DNA from: Octopus sinensis
Taxonomy: Eukaryota
DNA length: 64,000 nucleotides
Assembly (NCBI RefSeq): GCF_006345805.1
Contig: NC_043025.1
Coordinates: forward strand, 5,084,001 to 5,148,000
Reading direction: 5' to 3'
Of the stretch, positions 51,511-61,262 are shown piece after piece. The notes under the pieces are model-generated. The model made no database searches. It saw only the letters and a list, made by a program, of their open reading frames with translations, and was not told where the DNA came from. Within the stretch, counting starts at the first letter, position 1; each line of letters starts with the position of its first letter. The position numbers were made by a program, and so were the translations under genes.

Positions 51511-52539
51511 CGTTTCTGTTGTCCCCCTATCATTGCTTCACAACTGATGCTGGTGTGTTTATGTCCCCGTCACTTTGCGGTTCGGCAAAATAGACCGATA
51601 GAATAAGTACTGGGCTTATAAAGAATAAGTCCCGGGGTCGAGTTGCTCGATTAAAGGCGGTGCTCCAGCATGGCCGCAGTCAAATGACTGCAACAAGTAA
51701 AAGAGAGAAAAAGAGATATACACATAAACTGGATTCCACACAGTTTCCACTAACCAAATTCATTCACAAAGCTTTCGTCATCCTGGGGCTATTTCGTAAG
51801 ATACAAAGCCCCATGTGCCATGCAGTGAGACTGAACCACATTCCACATGGTTACAAAGCAAGGTTTTTTTAACCACACAGCGCCTAGAGAGGCGACTAGG
51901 TTACTGCTGTTACCATGGAAACAGGTTTAACCCTTTCGATACCAACCCGGCTGAAACCGGCTCTGGCTCTGAGTACAAATGTCTTGTTTCCATAAGTTCT
52001 GAATTAAAATCTTCCACCAAACCTTAGTCACAATTTATATTCCTAACACTAGCTGAATGATAACTAAGTTATTTTACTAAATTCTTTGTTATATTTAAAG
52101 TAATTGAAAGAAACACAGAGCATCTCAACAGAAATACAGTAACGAAAGGGTTAACCCTTTAGTGTTCAGATTATTCTATCAAACATAATGCTTATTGATT
52201 CCCATTGATTTGAATTAATCATGCATTATCTCATATCTTCAAGATCTTGATGGTGTAATTACTTAATGTAGAATAACATTGTAGGGTAGGTGTGAGAGCC
52301 TGGATCTGGTCAGTTTGAACATAAAACAGATTAACTATTTTGGCTGGATATGGCCGGTTTAAATACTAAAGGGTTAAGGTTGCATAAAACTTTATGCAGT
52401 TGGAGAAAAAGAGAAGGAAAATATAAAAAATTGCAAACCCCAAGAGCGAGGTTTCAATCCTAAGTACTTACTTCAGTGATTGCTTCAAGCTGATCGTCAT
52501 AATCTTTGTTCTCCCCTGTCAATGCTTTGATTGTCTTGT
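13694..52539 (-). CDS. CUX1: cut/CUX homeobox gene, internal part (9 exons, 1593 nt): CASP/CUX1-type coiled coil plus first CUT repeat; both gene ends outside window
   Basis: Nine exons with AG/GT boundaries join in frame (phases 1-0-1-2-0-0-0-2-1-1). The translation is collinear with the CUX1/CASP N-terminus as I recall it and runs into a CUT domain. Confidence 0.93.
14508..15524. repeat. probable hAT-like MITE with ~166-bp tandem units
   Basis: Unit starts at 14713, 14879, 15045 and 15211; right end ggttgagaacctctg resembles cagtggttctcaacc-type termini; no clean TSD. Confidence 0.6.
16040..16402 (+). mobile_element. RTE-LINE 3' end (family R)
   Basis: gtggcacgtaaaa units, ggcgttaggaagggcatccagc block, ggacgttaaac(gat)n tail. 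Confidence 0.8.
16590..17106 (+). mobile_element. Helitron/DINE-1-like non-autonomous element
   Basis: Starts actagcag...cccggcattgcccggg and ends (gaca)n aactgccgtttatatagag; homologous inverted copy at about 44010-44399. Confidence 0.55.
17123..17307 (-). CDS. CUX1: CUX exon (185 nt): [61 protein letters not shown]
   Basis: Acceptor tcttctctttccag, donor gtgagt, phase 2 to 1; resembles CUX1 LKSMEF...KPLEVLLLEK, then diverges. Confidence 0.88.
17335..17645. repeat. (GGT/GAT/GGA)n low-complexity tract
   Basis: Degenerate triplet repeat just upstream of the acceptor of the 185-nt exon; followed by (GA)n. Confidence 0.9.
18113..18468 (+). mobile_element. SINE S1, 5'-truncated
   Basis: S1 body and tail. 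Confidence 0.85.
18565..18671 (-). CDS. CUX1: CUX exon (107 nt): [35 protein letters not shown](S)
   Basis: Acceptor ttctccttactaaag, donor gtaagt, phase 0 to 2; resembles CUX1 [35 protein letters not shown]. Confidence 0.88.
19447..19735 (+). mobile_element. S3-headed SINE with an alternative 3' half
   Basis: Matches S3 up to gtactctttcaccac, then an unrelated tail ending ggtcacatgatcacgtgat. Confidence 0.65.
20060..20335 (+). mobile_element. CR1-like LINE family A, 3' end
   Basis: Encodes [39 protein letters not shown]; related copy at about 29140-29490. Confidence 0.8.
20336..20929 (+). mobile_element. CR1-clade LINE family B, 3' end (ORF2 C-terminus, 3' UTR, (TAAC)n tail)
   Basis: [13 protein letters not shown]...[11 protein letters not shown]...LSYEERL...[11 protein letters not shown]...WNKLP; second copy inverted at about 50160-50520. 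Confidence 0.92.
20971..21045 (-). CDS. CUX1: CUX exon (75 nt): [25 protein letters not shown]; not visible in the ORF track
   Basis: Acceptor tctttctgtattacag, donor gtaagt, phase 0 to 0; matches CUX1 [25 protein letters not shown]. Confidence 0.93.
21325..21722 (+). mobile_element. SINE S1
   Basis: S1 head, body and tail. Confidence 0.88.
22445..22760 (-). mobile_element. SINE S4
   Basis: Reverse complement of the S4 element at 5335-5680. Confidence 0.8.
22852..23052. mobile_element. mariner-derived MITE (~200 bp)
   Basis: Imperfect ~25-bp TIRs, acgaggggatgctgagaagttcctg and caggaacctgtcaacaccccttcgt; related copy at about 63098-63245. Confidence 0.65.
23403..24165 (+). mobile_element. 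RTE-clade LINE 3' end: ORF C-terminus, 3' UTR and (GAT)n tail
   Basis: [16 protein letters not shown]...[12 protein letters not shown]...DRDLW is the RTE C-terminal signature; it runs contiguously into the short family-R repeat. Confidence 0.92.
24620..25250 (-). mobile_element. RTE fragment with 5-6 tandem 41-42-bp units derived from its ORF end
   Basis: Minus frame [25 protein letters not shown]; ctcagcc units at 24853, 24895, 24937, 24978, 25019 and 25060. Confidence 0.75.
25290..25485 (-). mobile_element. SINE S2
   Basis: Meta-like block, close to the donor of the 171-nt exon. Confidence 0.8.
25558..25728 (-). CDS. CUX1: CUX exon (171 nt): [57 protein letters not shown]
   Basis: Acceptor atttacag, donor gtgagc, phase 0 to 0; strong match to CUX1 [27 protein letters not shown]. 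Confidence 0.95.
26625..27265 (-). mobile_element. two family-R (RTE) 3' ends
   Basis: Two catcatc...gtttaacgtc...ctggatgcccttcctaac blocks separated by (TA)n. Confidence 0.8.
27428..27815 (+). mobile_element. SINE S1, diverged
   Basis: S1 head, body and tail. Confidence 0.8.
27943..27991 (-). CDS. CUX1: CUX exon (49 nt): (K)[16 protein letters not shown]; not visible in the ORF track
   Basis: Acceptor cctcctcttcttccag, donor gtaagt. Phase 2 to 0 exactly bridges the flanking exons; resembles CUX1 KADEIEMIMTDLERANQ. Confidence 0.9.
28069..29050 (+). mobile_element. SINE-like element S5 with its 5' ~137 bp repeated four times, (AAT)n tail
   Basis: gccctgatgcagtacc units at 28069, 28204, 28342 and 28482, then a single body ending ctctcactcaaaaataataat. 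Confidence 0.7.
29140..29490 (+). mobile_element. CR1-like LINE family A, 3' end
   Basis: [44 protein letters not shown]. Confidence 0.8.
31255..31750 (-). mobile_element. RTE-LINE 3' end, 5'-truncated
   Basis: Minus strand encodes [10 protein letters not shown] (same as 23403-23678), followed by 3' UTR and (GAT)n tail. Confidence 0.85.
33106..33497 (+). mobile_element. family-R 3' end with 4 x 62-bp 3' UTR units
   Basis: gccagcctcg at 33105, 33167, 33229 and 33291; flanked by ATCTG at 33101-33105 and 33498-33502. Confidence 0.85.
33919..34322 (+). mobile_element. SINE S1, full length
   Basis: S1 head, body and tail. Confidence 0.9.
35200..36000. repeat. compound minisatellite: gaatatatgttat spacer alternating with variable (GT)n
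   Basis: Roughly 30 iterations read directly. Confidence 0.92.
37459..37845 (-). mobile_element. SINE S1
   Basis: Reverse-complement S1. Confidence 0.88.
38830..39650. repeat. (GATA)n tetranucleotide array with an embedded non-GATA segment
   Basis: Long atag/gaca/gatg runs; source of the LSIY ORFs. Confidence 0.92.
40315..40615. repeat. (CAT)n low-complexity tract
   Basis: Degenerate cat/cac triplets. Confidence 0.9.
42292..42650 (+). pseudogene. mariner (DD34D-type) transposase C-terminal remnant, frameshifted
   Basis: [16 protein letters not shown]...[12 protein letters not shown], then in another frame [37 protein letters not shown] (YSPDLAP-type motif). Confidence 0.88.
42770..43090 (+). 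mobile_element. SINE S1
   Basis: S1 body and tail; truncates the mariner remnant. Confidence 0.85.
43674..43740 (-). CDS. CUX1: CUX exon (67 nt): (A)[21 protein letters not shown](K)
   Basis: Acceptor gatttttcag, donor gtgagt, phase 1 to 2; resembles CUX1 [23 protein letters not shown]. Confidence 0.92.
44010..44399 (-). mobile_element. Helitron/DINE-1-like non-autonomous element
   Basis: Reverse complement of 16590-17106; related terminus at about 63690-63774. Confidence 0.55.
44509..44965 (+). mobile_element. SINE S1
   Basis: S1 head, body and tail. Confidence 0.88.
45305..45900. repeat. compound (CA)n/(TA)n microsatellite with recurring ataaatat...atggacatac units
   Basis: Read directly. 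Confidence 0.9.
46409..46541 (-). CDS. CUX1: CUX exon (133 nt): [44 protein letters not shown]
   Basis: Acceptor ttctttgtttcag, donor gtacgt, phase 0 to 1; resembles CUX1 [39 protein letters not shown]. Confidence 0.92.
46972..47123. mobile_element. Penelope-like inverted terminal structure (~52-bp arms) with a degenerate hammerhead-like motif
   Basis: gctttatttaaaaacagcagaaattcaacaaaacctgttactctgagttt is mirrored at 47070-47123. Confidence 0.6.
47856..49440. repeat. 94-bp tandem array (~15 units) with an optional internal 42-bp duplication and A/B variants
   Basis: Unit gctgag(actcag/gattag)tgacgtagttgttctacggctggatgctcttcccg...gggaacactaatgcg. Confidence 0.93.
49514..49915 (+). repeat. 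~201-bp direct duplication
   Basis: tggccccttccaaca starts at 49514 and 49715. Confidence 0.85.
50160..50520 (-). mobile_element. CR1-clade LINE family B, 3' end
   Basis: [62 protein letters not shown], near-identical to the 20336-20929 copy. Confidence 0.9.
50625..51025 (-). mobile_element. SINE S1
   Basis: Reverse-complement S1. Confidence 0.88.
51306..51710 (+). mobile_element. SINE S1
   Basis: S1 head, body and tail. Confidence 0.88.
51927..52154. mobile_element. piggyBac-like MITE B
   Basis: TTAA-CCCTTTCGATAC ... GTAACGAAAGGG-TTAA. Confidence 0.75.
52151..52377. mobile_element. piggyBac-like MITE A, monomeric 227-bp form
   Basis: TTAA-CCCTTTAGTGTT ... AATACTAAAGGG-TTAA; contains one copy of the 108-bp unit amplified at 11564-13088. 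Confidence 0.85.
52472..52539 (-). CDS. CUX1: CUX exon (68 nt): (D)[22 protein letters not shown]
   Basis: Acceptor ttttcag, donor gtaagt, phase 1 to 0; resembles CUX1 EVTIKALKEKIREYEQTL. Confidence 0.85.
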
Positions 52540-52827
52540 CTGAAAATTGAAAAACAAAGAAAATACATTTAAATGATGGTGCCTTAACGAATTTCATTAT
52601 CATCATTATATTGTGCTTGTTGTTTATATGGGACCAAAAGCAATAACACTGAATGAGGGATAAAAAGCAGGGAAAAAAATCAACGTAAAACATATACAGA
52701 TATAATTGGTCATACATATATATATATGTAACAAAAACATTCGAGCGAGGTCGTTGCCAGTGCCACTGGACTGGCTCCTCTGCAGGTGGCACATTAAAGG
52801 CACCATTTGAGTGTGGCCGTTGCCAGT

Positions 52828-53240
52828 ACCTATTTCTTTATCACCAACAAGGGGCTAAACACAGAGGGGACAAACAAGGACAGACATAGGTATTAAGTCG
52901 ATTACATCGACCCCAGTGCATAACTGGTACTTAATTTATCGACCCCGAAAGGGTGAAAGGTAAAGTCGACCTCGGCGGAATTTGAACTCACAACGTAACG
53001 GCAGACGAAATACCTATTTCTTTATTATCCACAAGGGGCTAAACACAGAGGGGACAAACAAGGACAGACATAGGTATTAAGTCGATTACATCGACCCCAG
53101 CGCATAACTGGTACTTAATTTATCGACCCCGAAAGGATGAAAGGCAAAGACGACCTCGGCGGAATTTGAACTCACAACGTAAAGCAGACGGAATACTGCT
53201 AAGCATTTCGCCCGGCGTGCTAAAGATTCTGCCAGCTTGG
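52828..53240 (-). mobile_element. SINE S2 dimer inserted in a family-R 3' end
   Basis: Two Meta-like blocks; gccgttgccagtacc occurs on both sides. Confidence 0.8.
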
Positions 53241-53579
53241 CCGTTGCCAGTACCGCCTGACTGGCCCCTGTGTTGGTGGCACGTAAAAGCACTCACTACA
53301 CTCAGGGTGGTTGGCATTAGGAAGGGCATCCGAGCTGTAGAAACTCTGCCAGATCAGATTGGAGTCTGGTGCAGCCATCTGGTTCGCCAGACCTCAGTCA
53401 AATCATCCAACCCATGCTAGCATGGAAAGCGGACGTTAAATGATGATGATGTATAAAGTGTTTGAAGTAGCATACAGATATTGTATATTGAGAAAAAAAA
53501 AGGTGGGGGGATCAGTCAGAATTTTGGATGATTACTTCTGCCTTAGCAAAGGCAGAGGTATTGTTTTTAGTTGTGTTTG

Positions 53580-53649
53580 TTCATCGGCCAACCAAAGCCT
53601 TGTGAGTAGATTTGGTAGATGGAAACTGAAAAGAAGCCCATCGTATATA

Positions 53650-53697
<48 letters not shown>

Positions 53698-53920
53698 CAT
53701 ATATGCGTGTGTGTTTGTGTGTCTGTGTGTGTCTCCCAAGCTTTGCTTGACAACCGATGCTGGTGTGTTTACGTCCCCGTCACTTAGCGGTTTGGCAAAA
53801 AGAGACCGATAGAATAGGTACTGGGCTTACAAAAAGAATAAGTCCCGGGATCAAGTTGCTCAATTAAAGGCCGTGCTCCAGCATGGCCGCAGTCAAAATG
53901 ACTGAAACAAGTAAAAGAGA
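53580..53920 (+). mobile_element. SINE S1, 5'-truncated
   Basis: S1 body and tail. Confidence 0.82.
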
Positions 53921-54580
53921 TATACATACATACACACATGTATCCCAGCCACAGCACTACCTGTTTCATGGTCAGGTGGACGGCGACTAAGCCAGGTCTG
54001 GAGGATGTAATGGAACACTCCAGGAAAGCCAAAACAAGATTTACCAAAGGACACGTGAGCTGATTGCGAGCCAATGGCCATCTGTGAGTCAAGTGGTGTC
54101 TGACTAAAACATCCTGCACCTGAGCAGGATGGTAAACCAAGCGGCTGGTCCAAAATCACAGACACATAAGCATCCATGAAAGACATACTCTGCTCTCAAG
54201 CTGGAGTTGATGTCCACAAGTGAAGTGGTAAGTAGCTTGCTTACCAACCACATGGTCCTTGGTTCAGTCCCACTGCGTGGAACCTTGGGCTGGTGTCTTC
54301 TACTATAGCCTCGGGCCGACCAAAGCCTTGTGAGTGGATTTGGTAGACGGAAACTGAAAGAAGCCTGTCGTATGCGTGTGTATATGTGTGTATGTATGTA
54401 TGTATGTGTATGATTGTCCCCCCAAAATCACTTGACCTGAAGCTTTAGTAGAGATGGTTGCTCAAGGTGCCATGCAGTGGGACTGAACCGGGAACCATGT
54501 GGTTGGGAGGCAAGCTTCTTACCACACAACCATGACTACATCTATATATATATCATCATATATATATATATATATATATC

Positions 54581-54627
<47 letters not shown>

Positions 54628-54639
54628 CAAAAAGAAAAA

Positions 54640-55545
54640 AAACACCATTTCGGCATGGCCGTTTCCAGTACCGCCCGACTGGCCCTCGTGCCGGTGGCAC
54701 GCAAAAGTTATCACTACACTCTCGGAGTGGTTGTCGTTAGTAATGGCATCCAGCTTTAGAAACTCTGCCAGATCAAGATTGGAGCCTGGTGCAGCCATCA
54801 GGTTTGCCAGTCCTCAATCAAATCGTCCAAGCCACGCTAGCATGGAAAGCGGACATTAAACGATGATGATGATATATATATATATATATACACACATCAT
54901 CATAACTTAACATATACTCTTGGAGTGGTTGGTGTTAGGAAGGGCATCCAGCTGTAGAAACACTGCCAAAACAGGTTGGAGTCTGGTACAGCTCCCTCAG
55001 CTTAACAGCCCTGGTCAAACTGTCCAACCCATGCCAGCATGGACAATGGATGTTAAATGATGATGATGCCCGTGCATACCAGCCTCCCCTCTCCATGCCA
55101 CCGATGTTACCCAAGGGAGAGGCAAAGGCCGATACAGCTTGGCACCAGTGACATCACAACTCATTTCTACAGCTGAGTGAACTGGAGCAACATGAAATAA
55201 AGTGTCTTGCTCAAGGACACAGCACTCAGCCCAGTTCAGGAATTGAACTCACAACCTCATGATCGTAAGCTTGATGCCCTAACCACCGAAATCAAATTCG
55301 ATGACTGGCATCCGTGCTAGTGGAGCACTAAGAGCACCATCCTAGTGTGATCATTGCCAGAGTGGCTAAAAAGCACCCACTACACTCTTGGAGTGGTTGG
55401 CGTTAGGAAGGGCACCCAGCTGTAGAAACACTGCCAGATCAAGATTGGAGCCTGGTGCAGCCATCTGGTTCGCCAGTCCTCAGTCAAATCGTCCAACCCA
55501 TACTAGCATGGAAAGCGGACGTTAAACGATGATAATAATAATAAT
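54640..55545 (+). mobile_element. cluster of three family-R 3' ends plus an inverted S4 fragment
   Basis: Three ggagtggttgg...ggcatccagc...gttaaa(cgat)gat blocks. Confidence 0.78.
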
Positions 55546-56170
55546 ATACATACATATCAAACAGTCATTAGTGAAGGATTATCAATCTGGGCAAAATACT
55601 TTACAAACTCTCTCTCTTAGTACATGTACATCAGGCTAACAGTATAGTTTGTATTAGTAAGGAACTGTGTGTAATGGTGGAGTTCTTTGCTGACCTAAAC
55701 AATGGGCCGATTGTGTAAAACTATCAACAACGGATCTATAATGACACTGTAAACTTCAGCAAAAAAATATGTAACAACTGTTATTTATGTTTTGCCTTGT
55801 GTGTATGTGTGTGTGTGTGTGTATGTATATATATATATGTATGTATACCACACACACAAAACAATGGATGGATTGTTTACGTGTTGATGTGATGGCATCT
55901 GTCAAATGTGATAATGCTAAATCTAACAAATTGCCACACCAACACTTAATTAATAATCATCAACATCATCGTTATTATTATTATGAAAGGCTGTGAGCTG
56001 GCAGAATCATTAAGCACGCTGCACAAAATGCTTAGCGGCATTTTGTCTGTCTTTACGTTCCGAGTTCAAATTCCGCCATGGTCAATTTTGCCTTTCATCC
56101 TTTCGCGGTCAACAAATTAAGTACCAGTGAAACACTGGGGTCGATATAATCAACTAATCTCCACCCTGCA

Positions 56171-56529
56171 AATTAGAGGCTTTGTGGCTCCAGTAGAAAA
56201 GATCATTATTATTATTATTATTATTAGATTGACCCCAGTACGCAACTGGTACTTAATTAGAGGCTTTGTGCCTCCAGTAGAAAGGATCATTATTATTATT
56301 ATTATTATTATTAGATTGACCTCAGTATGCAACTGGTACTTAATTAGAGGCTTTGTGCCTCCAGTAGAAAAGATCATTATTATTATTTTTAGATTGACCC
56401 CAGTATGCAACTGGTACTTAATTAGAGGCTTTGTGCCTCCAGTAGAAAGGATCATTATTATTATTTTTAGATTGACCCCAGTACGCAACTGGTACTTAAT
56501 TAGAAGCTTTGTGCCTCCAGTAGAAAGGA

Positions 56530-56562
<33 letters not shown>

Positions 56563-56592
56563 GATTGACCCCAGTATGTAACTGGTACTTAA
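56171..56592. repeat. 5 x 78-94-bp minisatellite built from SINE pieces with a variable (ATT)n
   Basis: aattagaggctttgtg units at 56171, 56255, 56342, 56420 and 56498. Confidence 0.88.
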
Positions 56593-57244
56593 TTTATTGA
56601 CCTCAAAAGGATGAAAGGCTGAGGTCGACTTTGCCGTTCATCCTTTCGAAGTCAATAAATTAAGTACCAGTTGCATACTGGGACAATCTAATCGACTAGC
56701 CCCCTCCCCTCAAAATTTCGGGCCTTGTGCCTAGAGTAGAAAAAAAAAATTATGATTATAAGGGGACGAGAGTTGTTAGCATACTGGACAAAGCACATCA
56801 TGGTATTGACCCCAGTCAGGAAATAAGACAGGATGGTCATATATGGAATATCTTTGATCCCAGATCTGCTCACAGGAGGACTGTCTTTGTGTTTAACACG
56901 ACTCAACTTGAGCCAACAAGAGAGTTAGAAATAGCAGCCAAGCCACAATATGATCCAATGAAGGAGGTCTCAGCCAAAAGCCAGACAAAACATTATCATC
57001 ATCATCCTCATCATCATCAAAATGTCTTAAATAAACTGCATTGATACACGAGCTATTGTAATCTAAGAAAAATGGTTTGAGAAAATAGGTGAGAAGGTCA
57101 TGCTTGGAGAGGTCCTGATTATAGTCAGGATAGTACAGTGGCATAACAACAATTAGGTTTTACACAAGCTTTATTGTTACATTCAAATTTCTGTCATTTT
57201 GACGAGAAACGCAAATTGCCTGGGTGAGTGCATATATTTTATAC

Positions 57245-57278
<34 letters not shown>

Positions 57279-57415
57279 ATATATATATATATATACACAT
57301 ACAACATATATATATACATACATACATATATCTATACATACACATACATACATACATATATACATACATATATACATACATATATATATATATACATACA
57401 TATATATATATATAC

Positions 57416-57464
<49 letters not shown>

Positions 57465-57832
57465 AATTTTCAGTTTGGCAGCATGAGATTATAAGCGTAT
57501 ATAGACATCTCAATTATAGATTGAAGTGTGTGTATACACACACCACACACACACACATCTGGCACCTTGCTGCACTCAAGAAGACCTGTCCTCCACAGCG
57601 TAAGTAAAAAGTCTGGTTCCCCCTGGAGATGGGGATTGGCCAGCAAGGGTCCAATACTAGTGTCACGCTGAGAGCACCTAGCAAACTGGCAGGTGTTAGG
57701 AAGGGCATCCAGCCATAGAAACCTTACCAAATCAGACTGGGACCTGGTGTAGCCCGACTGCTTGCCACCTTTCATCAAAGGTCCAACCCATGCCAGCATG
57801 GAAAACAAGGGTTAAATGATGATGATGATGAT

Positions 57833-58210
57833 GTGGTAAGTAGCTTGTTTACCAACCACATGGTTCCGGGTTCAGTCCCACTGCGTGGCATCTTGGGCAA
57901 GTGTCTTCGGGCCGACCAAAGCCTTGTGAGCGGATTTGGTAGACGGAAACTGAAAGAAGCCTGTCGTATATATGTATGTATATATATATATATATATATT
58001 TATATGTATGTGTATGTGTCTGTGTTTGTCCCCCTAGCATTGCTTGAAAACCGATGCTGGTGTGTTTATGTCCCCTGTCACTTAGCGGTTCGGCAAAAGA
58101 AACCGATAGAATAAGTACTGGGCTTACAAAGAACAAGTCCCAGGGTCGAGTTGCTCGATTAAAGGCGGTGCTCCAGCATGGCCGCAGTCAAATGACTGAA
58201 GCTAGTAAAA
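57833..58210 (+). mobile_element. SINE S1
   Basis: S1 head, body and tail. Confidence 0.85.
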
Positions 58211-59680
58211 AAAAATATATACAGACCCCACCCCCATATATATATATATAAACATACATCAGAGTCTTAGCAGTTTGGATCAAGATGGAAACGAATGGCG
58301 CAATCGAGAAAGAATTGGAAGCGCATTGTGATCAGTGGTGTAGAACAGGCCGTGCTGATCTGATCGATGCTGTGAGATTATAAAAACAACCCTGCAACAC
58401 TCTCCCAGGTCTTGTGCTTCTTGATATGATAATCATCCTCTCTGCTAAATTTTAAGGGGGCGAGACAAGTTGATTACATTAACCCCAGTCTTTCACTGGT
58501 ACTTAATCTATCGACCCCAAAAGCATGAAAGGCAAAGTCGACCTCGGCGGAATTTGAACTCAAAACCTGTCGATCAACAGAATACCTCCAAGCATTTTGC
58601 CGAGCATGCCAACGACTCTGCCAGCTCGATGCCATGATGATGATGATGATGATGATGATGGTGATGATGATGGTGATGACGATGATGATAATGATGGTGA
58701 TGATGGTGATGATGATGATGATGATGGTGATGATGATGGTGATGATGATGGTGATGATGATGATGATGATGATAATAATAATAATAATAAACAAACCATG
58801 CACCAACATGTGCAATTAGCAATGACATGGAAGAAAGAGATGGGAGGTAGAGGCAGGGGACAATGGTCTTGTATTTAGGTTTGATTGCACAGGTGTATAA
58901 TTACAGGTAAGGTAAAAAAAAGGGGGGGGGGGGGTAAGGAGCAGTCAATGTGCAAGAAGGATGAGGGGAGGGAAGACGATGGTGGTCAAGAAGAGAGCGA
59001 TCCTTTAAACTACACAGATGAGGCGTGGTGTGTGGGTGAGTGAGGGGAAGTGAGAGAGAGAGAGAGAGAGAGAGGGAGAGCCATATGTAATTATGGGACC
59101 CTGCTTTTGTTGTCATGAGACAAAAAAAAAACATAAAAGTTCCCATCAACCAAAACAAAAACAACTTCTCCCCCACCACCGACCTTTCATCCTCACCATT
59201 GCTTGGCACTTCCCTTCATCACCACCACCATCACCACCACCACCACCTCATCATGATCAACTCACTGCACCAGGAGTTGAAGCAGAGAGGAGAGGAAGGA
59301 GGAAGGGGTCCTGCAGAAAGAGAGAGAGAGAAGAAATACTCTTTTAATGTCACGAGCTTCAGCCCCAACCCACCCCACCCCAACCCCCACTCCCCTGCCT
59401 GCCCACCGATCTCCACCGTCGCCCTCACCAGGCAGACACACTAATATTTAAACCCAATGGCTGCGGCAGTGGTGGTGGTGGTGGTGGTGGTGATATGTCA
59501 ACTGCAGTTTCAACAAGGCATGCGATGGCGGGAAGGGACAGTTTGAAAAGGGGGCACGATTTTCCCAGCCAATACAACCCTACAGCCAGTGTACAGTGCT
59601 GCACTACACACACACACCACACACACACACACACACATGCATATATATATATATGCACATACATATAATATATATATTAT

Positions 59681-60078
59681 AGGTGCAGGAGTGGCTGTGT
59701 GGTAAGTAGCTTGCTTACCAACCACATGGTTCCGCGTTCAGTCCCACCGTGTGGAACCATGGGCAAGTATCTTCTACTATAGCCTCGGGCTGACCAAAGC
59801 CATAAGTGAATTTGGTAGATGGAACTGAAAGAAGCCCATCGTATATATATATATATGTATGTATGTCTATATATATATACATTTTTGTCCCTCCAAAGTC
59901 GCTTGACATCAGATGCTGGTGTGTTTATGTCCCCGTAACTTAGTGGTTCGGCAAAAGAGACTGATTGAATAAGTTCTAAGCTTATAAAGAATAGGTTCTG
60001 GGGTCGATTTGCTTAGCTAAAGGTGGTGCTCCGGCATGGCCACAGTTAAATGATTGAAACAAGTAGAAGAATAAAAGA
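59681..60078 (+). mobile_element. SINE S1, diverged
   Basis: S1 head, body and tail. Confidence 0.78.
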
Positions 60079-60714
60079 ATATATATACATATAACATATA
60101 TATCTATACACATATATACACACTTTGATCTTAGTCTATATCTACACACAGACACACACACACGACTAATACTATGGTGATAATGATGGTGGTGCTGCTG
60201 CTGATGAAGATGAAGATGATGATGAGGAGGCTGGTGATGATAATGTTTATGATGATGATGATGATGATTACCACAGCTGCCGCCACCACCACCACTTGAC
60301 CATATTGATGATGATGGTGATTTCTTATACACACACACAGAAAAAAAATTTTTTTAATGCTGCCAAGATTCCTAGTGAATGCCCCTTTCTAAACGATCAA
60401 ACCCCCACCCCACCCCCCTTCTAGACATTCATCTCGCGAACCCCCTCACAACCGGTACCAGTTATTAACTGGTGCAACACGAGTCTTTGTAACGAACGGA
60501 ACCTTGGTTGGATTAGAACTCAGAAATGATGAGGTTGAAAAATGGTTCTACCTCTCTGATCTGAAGAGTTAACAAAACATTAAAAAAAACCCCAAAAAGC
60601 AAAAAAAACAAACACTGCTGTAAATACAATTCCTCAAAGATTTTTCCACCACCACCACCACCCTCCTCCTCCTCCTCCTCAGTGCCAGCACCACTACCAC
60701 CACCCCTTTCGATT

Positions 60715-61262
60715 CCCAGACGATTCCCGGGTGTTGTGAGTGTTTATTGAGCGAAAACACCTAAAGCTCCACGAGGCTCCGGCAGGGGATGGTGGTGATC
60801 CCTGCTGTACTCCTTCGCCACAACTTTCTCTCACTCTTACTTCCTTTTTTTGTTGTACCTGTATTTCAAAGGGTGGAGGAGCAATGGCCCAGTGGTTAGG
60901 GCAGCGGACTCGCGGTCGTAGGATCGCGGTTTCGATTCCCAGACCGGGCGTTGTGAGTGTTTATTGAGCGAAAACACCTAAAAGCTCCACGAAGCTCCAG
61001 CAAGGGATGGTGGTGATCCCTGCTGTACTCCTTCGCCACAACTTTCTCTCACTCTTACTTCCTGTTTCTGTTGTACCTGTATTTCAAGGGGCCGGCCTTG
61101 TCACTCTCTGTGTCACGCTGAATATCCTATCCCCGAGAACTACGTTAAGGGTGCACGTGTCTGTGGAGTGCTCAGCCACTTACACGTTAATTCCACGAGC
61201 AGGCTGTTCCGTTGATTCGGATCAACCGGAACCCCTCGTCGTCGTAACCGATGGAGTGCTTC
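60715..61262 (+). mobile_element. SINE S3: partial copy followed by a full copy
   Basis: Matches 4881-5262. Confidence 0.85.

Noticed and set aside
60503-60560. Possible upstream CUX exon ending ...NQ-G (acceptor gttaactcttcag)
   Set aside because: In-frame TAA, weak donor (gttccg) and no real similarity. The next 5' exon was not found and presumably lies beyond the window or the gap.
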